Assembly (NCBI GenBank): GCA_031546715.1
Contig: JAVBKA010000047.1
Location: 1 to 45,787, forward strand
DNA: 45,787 nucleotides
Reading direction: 5' to 3'
From: Oscillospiraceae bacterium
GTDB lineage: Bacteria > Bacillota > Clostridia > Oscillospirales > UBA929
In this document: piece after piece, positions 9,219 to 20,053 of the stretch
Numbering within the stretch: the first letter of the stretch is position 1
How the letters are laid out: every line of letters begins with the position of its first letter
Program-made: the position numbers and the translations under genes
The notes under the pieces: generated by a model
Database searches by the model: none
The model's input: the letters and a program-made list of their open reading frames with translations, nothing else
Told to the model about the DNA's origin: nothing

Positions 9219-9911
9219 TTAATCTATACAAGGAACTAGCAGCATTTCTGCTAGTTTAAAATCAGTGCCACTGTCAATATCAACAGAACGCTCTTGGGGC
9301 ATTATGTAGGCATAACACTTTTCTGAAAAGAGATTGAATGTTTTATCCAGAAAGTTTGTGTCCACTATATACAATGCTCCATTTATTCTATAATATTTTT
9401 CAAGCTGTTGTCTGCCCTTATTTATTAATTCCTTTGGAATAAAGTTATCCAGGGAAAGACTATCGTCAAGCTTATTGCACCAAAGCGGCGAATGTTCCAT
9501 TTCCGACACTGATACCACAGCATTAGCATTCTTCTCTTCATAAAGAGCATATCCATCTTGAATATCTTTAGCTATTCTTAACGGAGATGTGGGTTGAAGC
9601 ACTGAAACCGTGTCAAACTTATGCCCCATGGTTTTAAATTCGGCTAAAGAACTTATTACAACATCCCAAGTGGAAGCCGTGTCTGTAGATAATTCTGGTT
9701 TGCGTAGAAACAGCACACTAGCTCCATAGTCTTTTGCAATTTCGGCATAATTTTCCGAATCTGTAGAAACGTGAATAACATCAAAAATACCGGATTTCTG
9801 CGCACAAATAATTGAATGCGCAATAAGTGGCAAACCGGCTAAGAGTTTTATGTTTTTATCTTTTAGTCCCTTTGAACCGCTACGAGCAGGAATTATGGCA
9901 AGATTCTTCAT
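9219..9911 (-). CDS. neuA: CMP-nonulosonic acid synthetase (acylneuraminate cytidylyltransferase, LegF-like)
   Basis: IIPARSGSKGLKDKN, LQPTSPLR, INGALY, SVDID. Confidence 0.95.
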   Translation of the reverse strand: MKNLAIIPARSGSKGLKDKNIKLLAGLPLIAHSIICAQKSGIFDVIHVSTDSENYAEIAKDYGASVLFLRKPELSTDTASTWDVVISSLAEFKTMGHKFDTVSVLQPTSPLRIAKDIQDGYALYEEKNANAVVSVSEMEHSPLWCNKLDDSLSLDNFIPKELINKGRQQLEKYYRINGALYIVDTNFLDKTFNLFSEKCYAYIMPQERSVDIDSGTDFKLAEMLLVPCID

Positions 9912-11083
9912 AAAGTCTCCTCAAACTTGATATCATAAAATTGTTTTTTAAGTTCTATTTTACTATTAAACAAAAACTCCTTAATCGTACAAACAATGCG
10001 TTCGGATGTATTCCCTCGTTGATACGGACTGACTGTATTTATTGATTTTTTAATAAATTCATCGGACAGCGCCGTATTCATTGCCGAAACAATATTGTTA
10101 CAATAAGGAATGCAATTTATAATACTGTTCGCCTGTAGTCTTCCTTTTTGGCGATCTCCAATATTAACTGTCGGAATCCCCAAGATTGGGGCTTCAATAA
10201 TGCCACTTGACGAATTACCAATAACCATGCATGAATGTTTCACAAGGCTTAAATATCTTGTTAGTCCTAATGACTGAAAGGCAACGCAGTTATCTCGAGT
10301 AGCTACAAACTCATCAATTTTTGTGTTAATAATCCTGCTGTTGGTATCTGAATTGCTTTTTGTAAAAACAAATTTTAATTGTGGAAACAAATCCAGCGCC
10401 GTCAATAGTTCTGTTATTTGTTCTTCTGCAGAATTATTTTCCATCGTGACAGGATGAAATGTGACGCTTGCATAATGTTCACCTAAGTCAAAATGGAGCG
10501 ATGTTTCGAGGTCAATTTTGTTTAACAGGTTTGCATTTTCGATAGCTTCTACGCCAACATCACCAAAGTTAAAAACTCTGTCTGGAGACTCACCCAGTTG
10601 AATAACTCTTTTCCTATATTGCTCGCAACCTACAAAATGAAGTTGGCTCATTTTAGTTATACTATGGCGAAAGCACTCATCAATTGCGCCCTCGGTAGTT
10701 TCTCCACCCGATATATGAGCAATTGGTATCCGCAAATTTAGTGCACAACAACAAATTGGAATTAACTCGTAACGGTCACCTAATACTAGTATCATATCTG
10801 GTGCATGACGATATAACACGTCTGCAAAGCTTATAAAGGCAACGCCCATTGTTTTTGAAACAGACGAGGGGTTGTCTCCATTCATAAGTATATCTACTTT
10901 TTCAGCAATTGGAATATTATCATTTACAATTTCGTCCACAGTAAAACCAAAGTCATGAGATAAATGAGTTCCTGTCGCAATAAGGCAGAGTTCGAGCTCT
11001 GCATGAGAATGGATTTTTTGTATTACCCCTTTTAATAAACCATACTCCGCTCTTGTAGCGGTCACAACGCATATTTTCATCAA
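9908..11083 (-). CDS. neuC: Hydrolysing NDP-sugar 2-epimerase (NeuC/LegG)
   Basis: TATRAEYG, LGDRYE, HISGGE, GNSSSG, GDRQKGR. Confidence 0.95.
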   Translation of the reverse strand: MMKICVVTATRAEYGLLKGVIQKIHSHAELELCLIATGTHLSHDFGFTVDEIVNDNIPIAEKVDILMNGDNPSSVSKTMGVAFISFADVLYRHAPDMILVLGDRYELIPICCCALNLRIPIAHISGGETTEGAIDECFRHSITKMSQLHFVGCEQYRKRVIQLGESPDRVFNFGDVGVEAIENANLLNKIDLETSLHFDLGEHYASVTFHPVTMENNSAEEQITELLTALDLFPQLKFVFTKSNSDTNSRIINTKIDEFVATRDNCVAFQSLGLTRYLSLVKHSCMVIGNSSSGIIEAPILGIPTVNIGDRQKGRLQANSIINCIPYCNNIVSAMNTALSDEFIKKSINTVSPYQRGNTSERIVCTIKEFLFNSKIELKKQFYDIKFEETL

Positions 11084-12075
11084 AGTTCTATCAACTCATC
11101 TTCTACAAAATCTCTTGTAGCGGCAGTTCCAATAACTTCATACCACGTCATTGGCGAAATACCGTTTCCGGGACGCTTTGCTGCAATATTTTCTTCGGTA
11201 AGGACTTCGCCTTTAGCAATATCTTTTTTAGCTACAATGCTCTTTCTTGCAATATCAATATTTTTCTTTTCGGAACTACTCGGAGCTTTTACACCGTTTC
11301 CCATTGCCTGTTCGATGTTGCGAATAGCGCGTACCATGCTTGTCAACTCGTACGGCTCAAGGCTTGCTCGATGGTCAGGACCTTCCATGTTTTTATCTAG
11401 AGTAAAATGTTTTTCAATAACGGTCGCACCCATAGCGACAGCTGCAATTGGGATTTCAATGCCAACAGTATGGTCGGAGTAGCCCACCTGTAAATTAAAC
11501 TCGTTTTTTAATGTCATCATAGCACGAAGATTTACATCACACATAGGCGTCGGGTATTCAGTATTGCAGTGAAGAAGTGTAATCTCTCCTGCTCCGCCCG
11601 TCTTGAGTATTTTCACAGCCTCTCGAATTTCGTGAAGCTCACACATGCCCGTGGACAGAATAATATCCTTGCCAGTGTTTGCAATTTTCAACAAATACGG
11701 AAGGTTTGTAATTTCCCCTGATGGTATTTTCCAAAAAGGGATATCTATACTTTGTAAGAAGTCAATGCTGTCTAAATCAAATGGAGTTGATAGAAAGAGT
11801 ATATCTTTTGAGTGGCAGTATTCCTTGATCACTCGAAAGTCTTGAAATGAGAGTTCAAGTTTCTTAACCATATCAAACTGGCTTTCGTTTTCTCCTGCAA
11901 TTTTCTGATATTCTGCCTTGGGAGCAATTTTTGAAATAATGTTTTCAGTAATAAACGTTTGAAATTTTACACAATCTGCATTAGCTGATTGTGCAGCGTC
12001 AACAAGCCGAAATGCAAGTTCCACGTCGCCGTTATGGTTGTCTCCTGCTTCAGCTATTATAAAAATTTTTTTCAC
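11080..12075 (-). CDS. neuB: Nonulosonic acid synthase (NeuB/LegI)
   Basis: IIAEAGDNHNG, VKFQTF, KIPSGE, GYSDHT, IEKHFT, C-terminal SAF domain. Confidence 0.95.
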   Translation of the reverse strand: MKKIFIIAEAGDNHNGDVELAFRLVDAAQSANADCVKFQTFITENIISKIAPKAEYQKIAGENESQFDMVKKLELSFQDFRVIKEYCHSKDILFLSTPFDLDSIDFLQSIDIPFWKIPSGEITNLPYLLKIANTGKDIILSTGMCELHEIREAVKILKTGGAGEITLLHCNTEYPTPMCDVNLRAMMTLKNEFNLQVGYSDHTVGIEIPIAAVAMGATVIEKHFTLDKNMEGPDHRASLEPYELTSMVRAIRNIEQAMGNGVKAPSSSEKKNIDIARKSIVAKKDIAKGEVLTEENIAAKRPGNGISPMTWYEVIGTAATRDFVEDELIEL

Positions 12076-12077
12076 AG

Positions 12078-13142
12078 CTACCCCCTATATGCTATCATCA
12101 GTTTATCTTCGCAAAATGATTCGTCTGTTTGCCTTCGTATTTCGACTAAATAATCAAATTCTTTTCTCATAAAAATATTAGCTCCAATGTAAAAACTTTT
12201 TGCACCAAGCTTATTGAATTGTTTCTTAAATTCAAGCAAACTGTCAACAGCCTTAACTCCACCGCCAAGATGCAATTTATTTGCTCCTAGACTGCATGCT
12301 AAAGTAGCGGCTTCGTGTAGCAATAGATTGCTTGGCGCAAGGTGACGAAACTCTGTGAGTGTACCTGAGAGATGATAGTGCATACTTTTTGGGCTAATAA
12401 AAAAAAGTGCTGACGCTACCGGGTCTTCTTTATATATGGCATATAAAAAAACCAAATCCACCGACATTTTTTCTATCAAATGTCGATAATATTTATCCGA
12501 AAAGTAGTAATAGTCGCTAGCGTGGTTCTTTTTCATTGAGCTTTCATAAATTCTTATAAAATCATCAAGTCGCTCGCCCTTGTCTAATATTATTTTTACT
12601 CCATTATTTATTGCTTTTCTAATCATGTTACGGTTTTTGCCCTCGATATTCTTGTGTATAGTTTCAATCGAAGATGTATCAATATACACAGTTTGCTTGT
12701 GATAGTGTACATCGCAAAAACCGTCAAAAACCGCATAATTATCAAGTAGGGGATGAAATCTAATAAACTGCGATACTATTGCGTTTTGTACGCAATACTC
12801 GTTCAATTCGCTAATAAAAACGGATATGTCATCTTTTGAGTAGCTTCCCTCTGTCAAGGGTCCCCCATAGCCATATGGCGTAGAACAATCAAAATATTGT
12901 CCTTTCTTGAGAATCGAAGTAAATTGTGATGAATCTGCAATATCGCTGACCATAAGAACGTAGCACATCCGAAAGGCATTCCTTTGAAAGTACATAAGAA
13001 CCGCACGCCCATCGCCATGTATTTCCAAAGACTGCGCATATTCTATGGTGTAGTATACATCCCAACTGCTAAACGATTTAACAATGGAATTCCATTTTTC
13101 AGTATTGAGTGCCGATATTACTTCCAACAAATTCACTCCCAA
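12078..13142 (-). CDS. FemAB-like / double-GNAT acyltransferase
   Basis: TPYGYGGP, FIRFHP, YHLSG, LHLGGG, LLEFKKQF. Confidence 0.75.
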   Translation of the reverse strand: MGVNLLEVISALNTEKWNSIVKSFSSWDVYYTIEYAQSLEIHGDGRAVLMYFQRNAFRMCYVLMVSDIADSSQFTSILKKGQYFDCSTPYGYGGPLTEGSYSKDDISVFISELNEYCVQNAIVSQFIRFHPLLDNYAVFDGFCDVHYHKQTVYIDTSSIETIHKNIEGKNRNMIRKAINNGVKIILDKGERLDDFIRIYESSMKKNHASDYYYFSDKYYRHLIEKMSVDLVFLYAIYKEDPVASALFFISPKSMHYHLSGTLTEFRHLAPSNLLLHEAATLACSLGANKLHLGGGVKAVDSLLEFKKQFNKLGAKSFYIGANIFMRKEFDYLVEIRRQTDESFCEDKLMIAYRG

Positions 13143-14173
13143 AATTTACCAACAATCTCTGCCAAGTACTCCATTTCGTATTCCGAATATCGTTGGTCTA
13201 TTGGTAGAGATAGTATATGTGATGAAATTTCAACTGCGTTAAAATTGATCTCAAGAACAGTGCCTATTACCGGCCAATGAACAGCGCAGTATATCTGATT
13301 ATCTATTAGATGTTTTCTAAAATCGTCACGCTTTTCAACAAAAACCGGCAGCGAAAAAGGACAAAAACCAGTTATATCTTTGAGTATAATTGGAGTAAGC
13401 TGTCGAGGTAGTCGCGCGTATAGGGTTTGAAAGTTTTTTTTCCTTTTCCTTTTAATATCCGAAATGTCATAACAAGAGAGTAGAAATCTTGAAAAGTCAG
13501 AAATCAATTTAGGGCATTGCATTTCGTCCAATATATGTTCTGAGGCAACAAAAAGCTTTCTATAAACCTCATTACAGTCAAGTATGTTCCGCAATTTCAA
13601 ATTTTTGAGCACCATAGCGGACGTTTTATCTGCAATATTAGTATTTTGTACATATGACATTTGCACAATGTCGATTTTTTTTTTGCTGTATAATACTCCA
13701 CCGTCTGGAACACGAAACCACTTTCTTAAGCTTGCAATACAAAAATCTCCCACAGAATGAATTTGCGTAAATATACTGTGGGTTGTATCTTCAATGACAA
13801 CAATCCCCATAGTCCTTAATCTTTCAAGTTCAATGATAGTTTCTTCGCGTTGCAAAATACCAAAATAATTAACCAGAAAAACAGCCTTTGTTTGACTAGT
13901 TATTTTGCCAATCAAACTTTGAATTGAGAGTCTAAAATCTGCATCAATTGTATAAAAATTGACAGAATGAATCGAAAACCCATTTATTACTGACGCACAA
14001 ATATAGTCGGGTAACAAAATTTCTCCTGGAGGAAGCATTCTATCCAAAAGCATAATTGCACTGCGTCCGCTGTCAGTAAAAACACAATTATACCCATTCA
14101 GAAATTTGAATATATTGTCCTCACTCTCTTGAAGAGTATCAAGATTTAAGTCAAATTCACTGCCAATTTCCAT
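13133..14173 (-). CDS. Divergent DegT/DnrJ-like PLP-dependent enzyme
   Basis: SGRSAI, VNYFG, IEDTTH, SLRKWF..PDGG, LSLPIDQRY. GGAGG RBS supports ATG 14173. Confidence 0.75.
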   Translation of the reverse strand: MEIGSEFDLNLDTLQESEDNIFKFLNGYNCVFTDSGRSAIMLLDRMLPPGEILLPDYICASVINGFSIHSVNFYTIDADFRLSIQSLIGKITSQTKAVFLVNYFGILQREETIIELERLRTMGIVVIEDTTHSIFTQIHSVGDFCIASLRKWFRVPDGGVLYSKKKIDIVQMSYVQNTNIADKTSAMVLKNLKLRNILDCNEVYRKLFVASEHILDEMQCPKLISDFSRFLLSCYDISDIKRKRKKNFQTLYARLPRQLTPIILKDITGFCPFSLPVFVEKRDDFRKHLIDNQIYCAVHWPVIGTVLEINFNAVEISSHILSLPIDQRYSEYEMEYLAEIVGKFWE

Positions 14174-14177
14174 TTGA

Positions 14178-14702
14178 TTAACCTCCATTAAATTTTTCTT
14201 CACAAACTAGACATAAAGAATATCGAAACTGTCTAATTTCCCGATTTAATGACTGAATGAAAGCTGTTCTATAATTGAGTTCTTTTACAAAACCATTGGC
14301 AAGCAAAATTTTTTCAGCCCTATGGTTATCTTCCCTAACATATGCGAAAGCGCACCTAGCCCCTTGCTTCCTTAAAATATTAATTGCTTCTGCGTACGCA
14401 TTTTGACCGATTTGTCGACCAGCAAATTCAGACAAAACAGCTATAGATAGTTCAACCTCGTCTTGCTGGCATGGATCCATATATAAATATCCAACTCGTT
14501 CTTTCCCAAAAAGAACAATGTACACTTTTCGTGATTCTGCCCTGTTAGAGTTAGCAATCCAATTAATGAATGTCACCTTTAGTTTTTCGTAGACTGGCTT
14601 ATTCAAATATCCCGTCCAATAAATGTTAACATCCTCTGATTTGATTTTGTAAAACAAATCAAAATCGTTATCATGTGCCAAACGTAGACTAACCATAAAC
14701 AC
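14178..14702 (-). CDS. GNAT-family N-acetyltransferase
   Basis: AGRQIG acetyl-CoA motif, N..AEK....NGF; about 172-174 aa. Confidence 0.8.
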   Translation of the reverse strand: MFMVSLRLAHDNDFDLFYKIKSEDVNIYWTGYLNKPVYEKLKVTFINWIANSNRAESRKVYIVLFGKERVGYLYMDPCQQDEVELSIAVLSEFAGRQIGQNAYAEAINILRKQGARCAFAYVREDNHRAEKILLANGFVKELNYRTAFIQSLNREIRQFRYSLCLVCEEKFNGG

Positions 14703-15741
14703 CCAACACCTTCATACGCATTCTTTCTAACTCCTCTGGTTGTCCCATGTCGTACCATTTGTCTTCGGATACTGGATAAATCCCCACATTTTCACCCAAG
14801 TCAATACACTTCTGAATAATATCTGTTATGTGAATAAATGTATCTTTCGGAATAAAGTCAAAAAAACGAGGCTCAATTACATAGAATCCGGCGTTTGTTA
14901 AAAATGAAAAAGTTGGTTTTTCTTTAAGCGCAATAATTTTACCTTGTTCGTTAATGTCAACCGTTCCATATGGAAACACCGATTGTTTTGTTACACAAAC
15001 CATGGTTAAAATATTATTTTCTTGTTTATGATGATTGTAAATATCTTCATAATCATTATAAACCATAATGTCACAATTAGTCATAAAAAAAGTTGAGAAA
15101 ATCTTTTGGTCTAAAAGTTTAAGTCCGCCTCCAGTTCCGAGAGGCTTGTCCTCGTCAAGAAAGTCGACTTTGCACCGTTGGCTTTCTTCCGAAAAGTATG
15201 CCTTAATCATATTCTTTTTATAGTTGACAATCAGAGTAAAAACATCACAGCCACATTTGATAAATTCGTTCATAATATGCTCTGTAATTGTATCATCTCC
15301 AATGGGAATTAGCGGTTTGGGTAACACTTTTGTGTATGGGTATAAGCGTGTACCCATGCCGCCTGCCATGATGACAACAGGGAGGTTTAAGTTTTTTATT
15401 GCAGACTTTACAGTTTTATTTGGGAAAAGAATCTCAACAAGCTGCATTTTATCATCCACAACTGGAAATGCTCGAAGTGTCGTATCGCTAAAGGCGGTTT
15501 TATTGCTATATTTGTCACTGGGTTTTTTAATATATTTAACGTCAAAATTAGCGGCAAGTATGGCAGGCGCAGTAAGACTTTGGTTTTTTAAAATGTAACG
15601 TCTTATATCGCCATCAGTAAGAGAGGCTAATAGCACATTCCCCCGACAGACAAATACGATACCTTCTGCGTTTCGGTTTATAATCCCCATGGCGTCAATA
15701 ATCGTCGTGTTTTCGGTAATTTGATATGGCGTTACGTCCAT
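14689..15741 (-). CDS. CBS-domain nucleotidyltransferase (PtmE/LegX-like)
   Basis: N-terminal CBS pair (LTDGDIRR), MAGGMGTRL.P.T...PKPL, PLGTGG, TNCD. Confidence 0.85.
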   Translation of the reverse strand: MDVTPYQITENTTIIDAMGIINRNAEGIVFVCRGNVLLASLTDGDIRRYILKNQSLTAPAILAANFDVKYIKKPSDKYSNKTAFSDTTLRAFPVVDDKMQLVEILFPNKTVKSAIKNLNLPVVIMAGGMGTRLYPYTKVLPKPLIPIGDDTITEHIMNEFIKCGCDVFTLIVNYKKNMIKAYFSEESQRCKVDFLDEDKPLGTGGGLKLLDQKIFSTFFMTNCDIMVYNDYEDIYNHHKQENNILTMVCVTKQSVFPYGTVDINEQGKIIALKEKPTFSFLTNAGFYVIEPRFFDFIPKDTFIHITDIIQKCIDLGENVGIYPVSEDKWYDMGQPEELERMRMKVLGVYG

Positions 15742-15776
15742 GGCTAGCCTACCTTTTTAAAAAGTTTTTAATTGTG

Positions 15777-16757
15777 CTAAATATTGTAAATATCGCTTTT
15801 ATATTTATCTAAATTGTCTTTTAACCACTCAATTGTCTGAGAAATACCGTCTTCGAATGAGACTTTAGGTTTCCAGTTTGTCAGTGCCATAATCTTCTTA
15901 TTGCACCCAAGAAGGCGTTCAACCTCACTCTTTTCAGGTCTAAGGCGCTGTTCATCGCAAATAATTCTTGCGTTTGGGTTAATCTGTCTAATAAGTTCCA
16001 AAGCAAGCTTCTCAATTGAAATTTCTTGCCCAGTGGCAATATTTATTTCTTCCCCAATAGTTTTGTGCGACTTGGCAATTGCCATAAACCCTGAAACAGT
16101 GTCCTTGACATAATTAAAATCTCGTGTTGGAGTAAGTGAGCCTAGTTTTAGTTCAGCTTTTCCTGCAAGTAGTTGCATAATTATTGTGGGAATAACCGCC
16201 CTTGCCGACTGTCTTGGCCCATAGGTATTAAACGGACGAACTATAGAAACAGGTAGCATAAAGCTTCGGTAGAAACTTTCCGCAAGCCTGTCCGCACCAA
16301 TTTTTGTTGCAGAATATGGCGATTGCCCTTGAAAAGGATGCTTCTCGTCAATCGGAATATACTGTGCTGTTCCGTAAACCTCAGAAGTAGATGTAACAAG
16401 CACTCGGATAGTGTCTAAATCTCTTGCCGCTTGTAAAACATTTAAAGTACCTTTAATATTCGTGTCCACATACGAATCTGGCGAGTGATAACTAAACGGA
16501 ATTGCAATCAAAGCTGCTAGGTGATAAACAACACTAGTATCGTGCATTGCCTTTCGAACACCATTCGGGTCACGAATGTCGCCAGAAAAGACTTCAATTT
16601 CATTTTTTATTTCTGGCTTAAGTGTGTCAAGCCAACCCCAAGAATTAAATGAGTTGTAATGCACAAATGCTTTTACTTTTTCTCCACTTCTTACAAGTTC
16701 TTCGGTTAAGTGACTGCCGATAAACCCATCTGCGCCAGTTACTAGAATTTTGTCCAT
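15777..16757 (-). CDS. legB: NDP-GlcNAc 4,6-dehydratase LegB
   Basis: TGADGFIGSH, YNSFNSWGWLD, LAALIAIPFSY, QGQSPYSATK, RLRPEKSEVERL. Confidence 0.9.
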   Translation of the reverse strand: MDKILVTGADGFIGSHLTEELVRSGEKVKAFVHYNSFNSWGWLDTLKPEIKNEIEVFSGDIRDPNGVRKAMHDTSVVYHLAALIAIPFSYHSPDSYVDTNIKGTLNVLQAARDLDTIRVLVTSTSEVYGTAQYIPIDEKHPFQGQSPYSATKIGADRLAESFYRSFMLPVSIVRPFNTYGPRQSARAVIPTIIMQLLAGKAELKLGSLTPTRDFNYVKDTVSGFMAIAKSHKTIGEEINIATGQEISIEKLALELIRQINPNARIICDEQRLRPEKSEVERLLGCNKKIMALTNWKPKVSFEDGISQTIEWLKDNLDKYKSDIYNI

Positions 16758-16823
16758 TTGTGCTTCTCCTTTTTGATTTTCTACAATCCCGTAAATACAC
16801 GTATAAGTTTGTTCCTACCGACA

Positions 16824-16852
16824 ACTATAACAGCATTTTTGATATTTTACAA
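16824..16852 (-). promoter_or_regulatory. Sigma-A-like promoter for the leg operon
   Basis: Minus strand TTGTAA-N17-TATAGT with extended TG. Confidence 0.5.
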
Positions 16853-17120
16853 GTCGTTTGTATGGCTTGTTATTTATTTCCTGTGGAATGACTATCCTTA
16901 AGCAAAACCCCTGTATTTTCTTTGCATCGTTTTAAATATAAAATCTACAGTAATAATAATTTATTTACTATTTACACACTCAAATCTTTATATAGTATGT
17001 CTGCTTTTCTGAGATTAATGTCAATGTTAAAATATGTGGGAATGTGTACTCTAAGGCAGAGTGGGTGCGAGATTTTTTTATGACAATTTTATATATTTTT
17101 AGAGATTAGCAAGATATGTA

Positions 17121-17149
17121 TTGTCTTTTCTCTCCGAATGGAGTATATT
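17121..17149 (+). promoter_or_regulatory. Sigma-A-like promoter for operon C
   Basis: TTGTCT-N17-TATATT, 55 nt upstream of ATG 17205. Confidence 0.45.
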
Positions 17150-17204
17150 AATAGGAAAATGTAATGAAAATTAGTACTATAACGTTGTGTACTACTGAGA
17201 GGTT

Positions 17205-17930
17205 ATGTGGAAAACAATGAATAATTTATACCGCATACCATTTTCTATAAAACAGCGTCTATTAGAGTTTTTTTGGAGTAGTAGCCCAACAAGAACAAGG
17301 GTATATACCTTGCATAAACTACACGGCGGAGGGGTTACTAATGCCGATCCTTTAAATTCAGTTGATGTTACTCTATTTAAGGCATTTATTGAGAAACATG
17401 CTATTAGCTCGATTCTTAGTATTCTGGACAATCTTAAAGACAAGAGTTTTTCGGATAATTCGGCAATAACATTTGATGATTGTTTTGATTCCGTGTATAC
17501 CCTTGCGTGGCCTTTGTTGTTGGAGAAGCAAATTCCCTTTACAATATTTGTATGCGTTGAGTTTTTAGGTAAAGAGGGATATTTATCAGAAACTCAAATT
17601 AGAGAAATGCTTAGTAGTGGGTTGTGTACTTTAGGATCTCACGGTATGCAACATAAAATTTACCGTAAGATGCACAAATCAGAGGTCATAGCGCAATACA
17701 AGGACTCAAAAAAAACGCTCGAGGCAATGTTCGGAGTAAATATAGGTTTGTTCGCCTACCCGTATGGATCCGTATACGCCGTGTCTGAATGCAATCAAAG
17801 AACAATAAAAAATTCAGGTTATATTGCCGCATTTGGCACCTTGCGGGCAGGACTTAGCGCAATATCTGCCAAAAATGCTTTTTATCTACCTAGATTCCAT
17901 GTAAATGATAATACAATAGTTATGTTCTGA
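17205..17930 (+). CDS. Polysaccharide deacetylase (CE4/NodB)
   Basis: ITFDD, GSHGMQH, FAYPYG, LPRF. Confidence 0.88.
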   Translation: MWKTMNNLYRIPFSIKQRLLEFFWSSSPTRTRVYTLHKLHGGGVTNADPLNSVDVTLFKAFIEKHAISSILSILDNLKDKSFSDNSAITFDDCFDSVYTLAWPLLLEKQIPFTIFVCVEFLGKEGYLSETQIREMLSSGLCTLGSHGMQHKIYRKMHKSEVIAQYKDSKKTLEAMFGVNIGLFAYPYGSVYAVSECNQRTIKNSGYIAAFGTLRAGLSAISAKNAFYLPRFHVNDNTIVMF

Positions 17931-17942
17931 GGTGATTTAACC

Positions 17943-18905
17943 ATGGCTTACACAGTAAGTGTTGTTATACCAATTTACAACGCAGAAAAGTATATAGAAA
18001 ACTGTATTCTTTCAGTAGCGCGTCAAACATATAAAAACTTTGAAGTTATCATTGTAAATGATGGCAGCCCCGACAGAGCCGCAGATATTGCCGAGCATAT
18101 CTTGAAAGAAACATCAATTAATTATAAGCGAATTGATAAACCAAATGGAGGTCAAGCTTCTGCAAGAAATGCTGGAATTAGAATTGCGACCGGCGAATTC
18201 TTGGTCTCAATTGATGCTGATGACTGCATATGGGAAACGTTTCTGTTTGAAATGGTAGAAGTTATGTCAAAATTTCCCACAGAAATAGCATTTGCAGATT
18301 TTCAAAATACAAGCCCTAGTAAACCGTTAGAAAACCCGTTATATGATAAAGGCGTTTTTGCACTGGACAGAGAACAGGCTATCAGGCAATTTTTAACCCG
18401 CTCTCTTCTTCCTGTTGCAGCTGGATTGTTTATTAAGCGCTCGTTTTTGCACAAGTATAACCTATATTTTCGAGACGACGCTTTGTTTGGGGAAGATACA
18501 TTGTGGGTTTGGGATGTTATGCTTGCAGCAAGCGGTGTGGTACATGTCCGCAAGCCATTATACAATTATGTACATCATGGCGAGTCTATAATGACTTCGT
18601 CCAATTACGATAGGGTGAAGCAGGGGTACTTTGCATTTGCTCGTCAAAAAGAAAAATGGGTTGAGGCATACCCTAGCGATCAACAATTCATTTCGTTGAT
18701 TTTGCCTCGTTTTGCTCTGGGAATAATACATGCCGCATGTAAATTGCTTAACGAGAAAGATTTCTTAACACTGTGCGAGGACATAGCATATCGCAAGCAC
18801 TGCCATTCCCTATTAATGTTTCCCAAAATAAAAATAAAAATTGCCTCTATTGCTCTACTCTTTAGCAAAAAGTTGTTTTATATTTTTATCAGAAAAGGTG
18901 CATAA
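17943..18905 (+). CDS. Glycosyltransferase family 2
   Basis: SVVIPIYN, VNDGSPD, ARNAG, DADD, GED. Confidence 0.92.
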   Translation: MAYTVSVVIPIYNAEKYIENCILSVARQTYKNFEVIIVNDGSPDRAADIAEHILKETSINYKRIDKPNGGQASARNAGIRIATGEFLVSIDADDCIWETFLFEMVEVMSKFPTEIAFADFQNTSPSKPLENPLYDKGVFALDREQAIRQFLTRSLLPVAAGLFIKRSFLHKYNLYFRDDALFGEDTLWVWDVMLAASGVVHVRKPLYNYVHHGESIMTSSNYDRVKQGYFAFARQKEKWVEAYPSDQQFISLILPRFALGIIHAACKLLNEKDFLTLCEDIAYRKHCHSLLMFPKIKIKIASIALLFSKKLFYIFIRKGA

Positions 18906-20038
18906 TGAGAATAGTTAAATTATCAATGAGCTACATGCAGAGTATGATATATCAGGAAAATTTACTTTGCAAAGCGTTGGCAGAAGACGGACATGAGGTT
19001 ATAGTAATTGCGCCAAATACTCTGCACAGAATATACAAAAAAATAGAATTCGATAAAGCATTATTGGAAACTCCAGATACTATGGATGGACGTGTTCGAA
19101 TTATTAGGCGACCTATAAAGATGTACACACGATATTTTTATACAATTCCTGCGTTGTATAAATTGCTGGAAGACATAAAGCCGGACATTCTTTTTGTTCA
19201 TAGCAATCAACAGGTGCCACTCCTTGTTGCAACTAGGTACGCAAAAAAACACAAAAATATGACTTTTTATGTTGATAATCATGCAGAATTTTGTAACACA
19301 GCGCAAAATTATTTATCTAAAGAGATCCTTCACAAAGTTATATATAAAGCAATTATACATCACGCATATTCACGTTTGGATAGAATTTTTTATGTATCAG
19401 AAGAAGCAAAAGAATTACTCATAGACCTATACAAACTCCCCGCGACCAAAATGGAGTTTTATCCAGTGGGCGGAAACATAATTGATGGTGAAGCCCGTGC
19501 GAAAAACCGCTTGGAGAAACGCAGAGAACTAAATCTTGCTGACGATGACATTTTAATTTGCATTACCGGTAAGCTGGACGCAGGCAAGAAAACGCTGCTA
19601 GCGTTGACTGCATTTTCAAAAGTAAAATCTGACAAGCTAAAGCTTGTTATAATTGGTACGTTCTCAGACGATATAAAAGAAGCCGCGCTTGACGCAATCG
19701 GAAACGACAACCGAATCCAGTTTATAGGCTGGAAAAAGGGCGATGAACTCTTGAAATATCTCTGTGCCGCCGATTTATACGTCCAGCCTGGCAATGAATC
19801 GGCAACTTTGGAAAATGCAATCTGTTGCGGAGTTCCCGTTATGGTGCGCCGTTCCAAAAATTACGAAATGTTGTTGAATGGAAATCACTGGTTTATTGAT
19901 ACGATGGAGGATATGATAGCAGTCCTGCATGAAATCTGTGCGGATGCATCTGTTCTTGAGGCAAAAAGCGAAGCTAGTTATAAGCTTGCGTATGAAATTC
20001 TTGACTACAGGATTCTGGCAAGGCGACTTTACCATTAG
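18905..20038 (+). CDS. Glycosyltransferase family 4
   Basis: GT-B layout; GKLDAGK, ADLYVQPG, ENAICCGVP. Confidence 0.85.
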   Translation: MRIVKLSMSYMQSMIYQENLLCKALAEDGHEVIVIAPNTLHRIYKKIEFDKALLETPDTMDGRVRIIRRPIKMYTRYFYTIPALYKLLEDIKPDILFVHSNQQVPLLVATRYAKKHKNMTFYVDNHAEFCNTAQNYLSKEILHKVIYKAIIHHAYSRLDRIFYVSEEAKELLIDLYKLPATKMEFYPVGGNIIDGEARAKNRLEKRRELNLADDDILICITGKLDAGKKTLLALTAFSKVKSDKLKLVIIGTFSDDIKEAALDAIGNDNRIQFIGWKKGDELLKYLCAADLYVQPGNESATLENAICCGVPVMVRRSKNYEMLLNGNHWFIDTMEDMIAVLHEICADASVLEAKSEASYKLAYEILDYRILARRLYH

Positions 20039-20053
20039 AAAGCAGGTTGTTTT

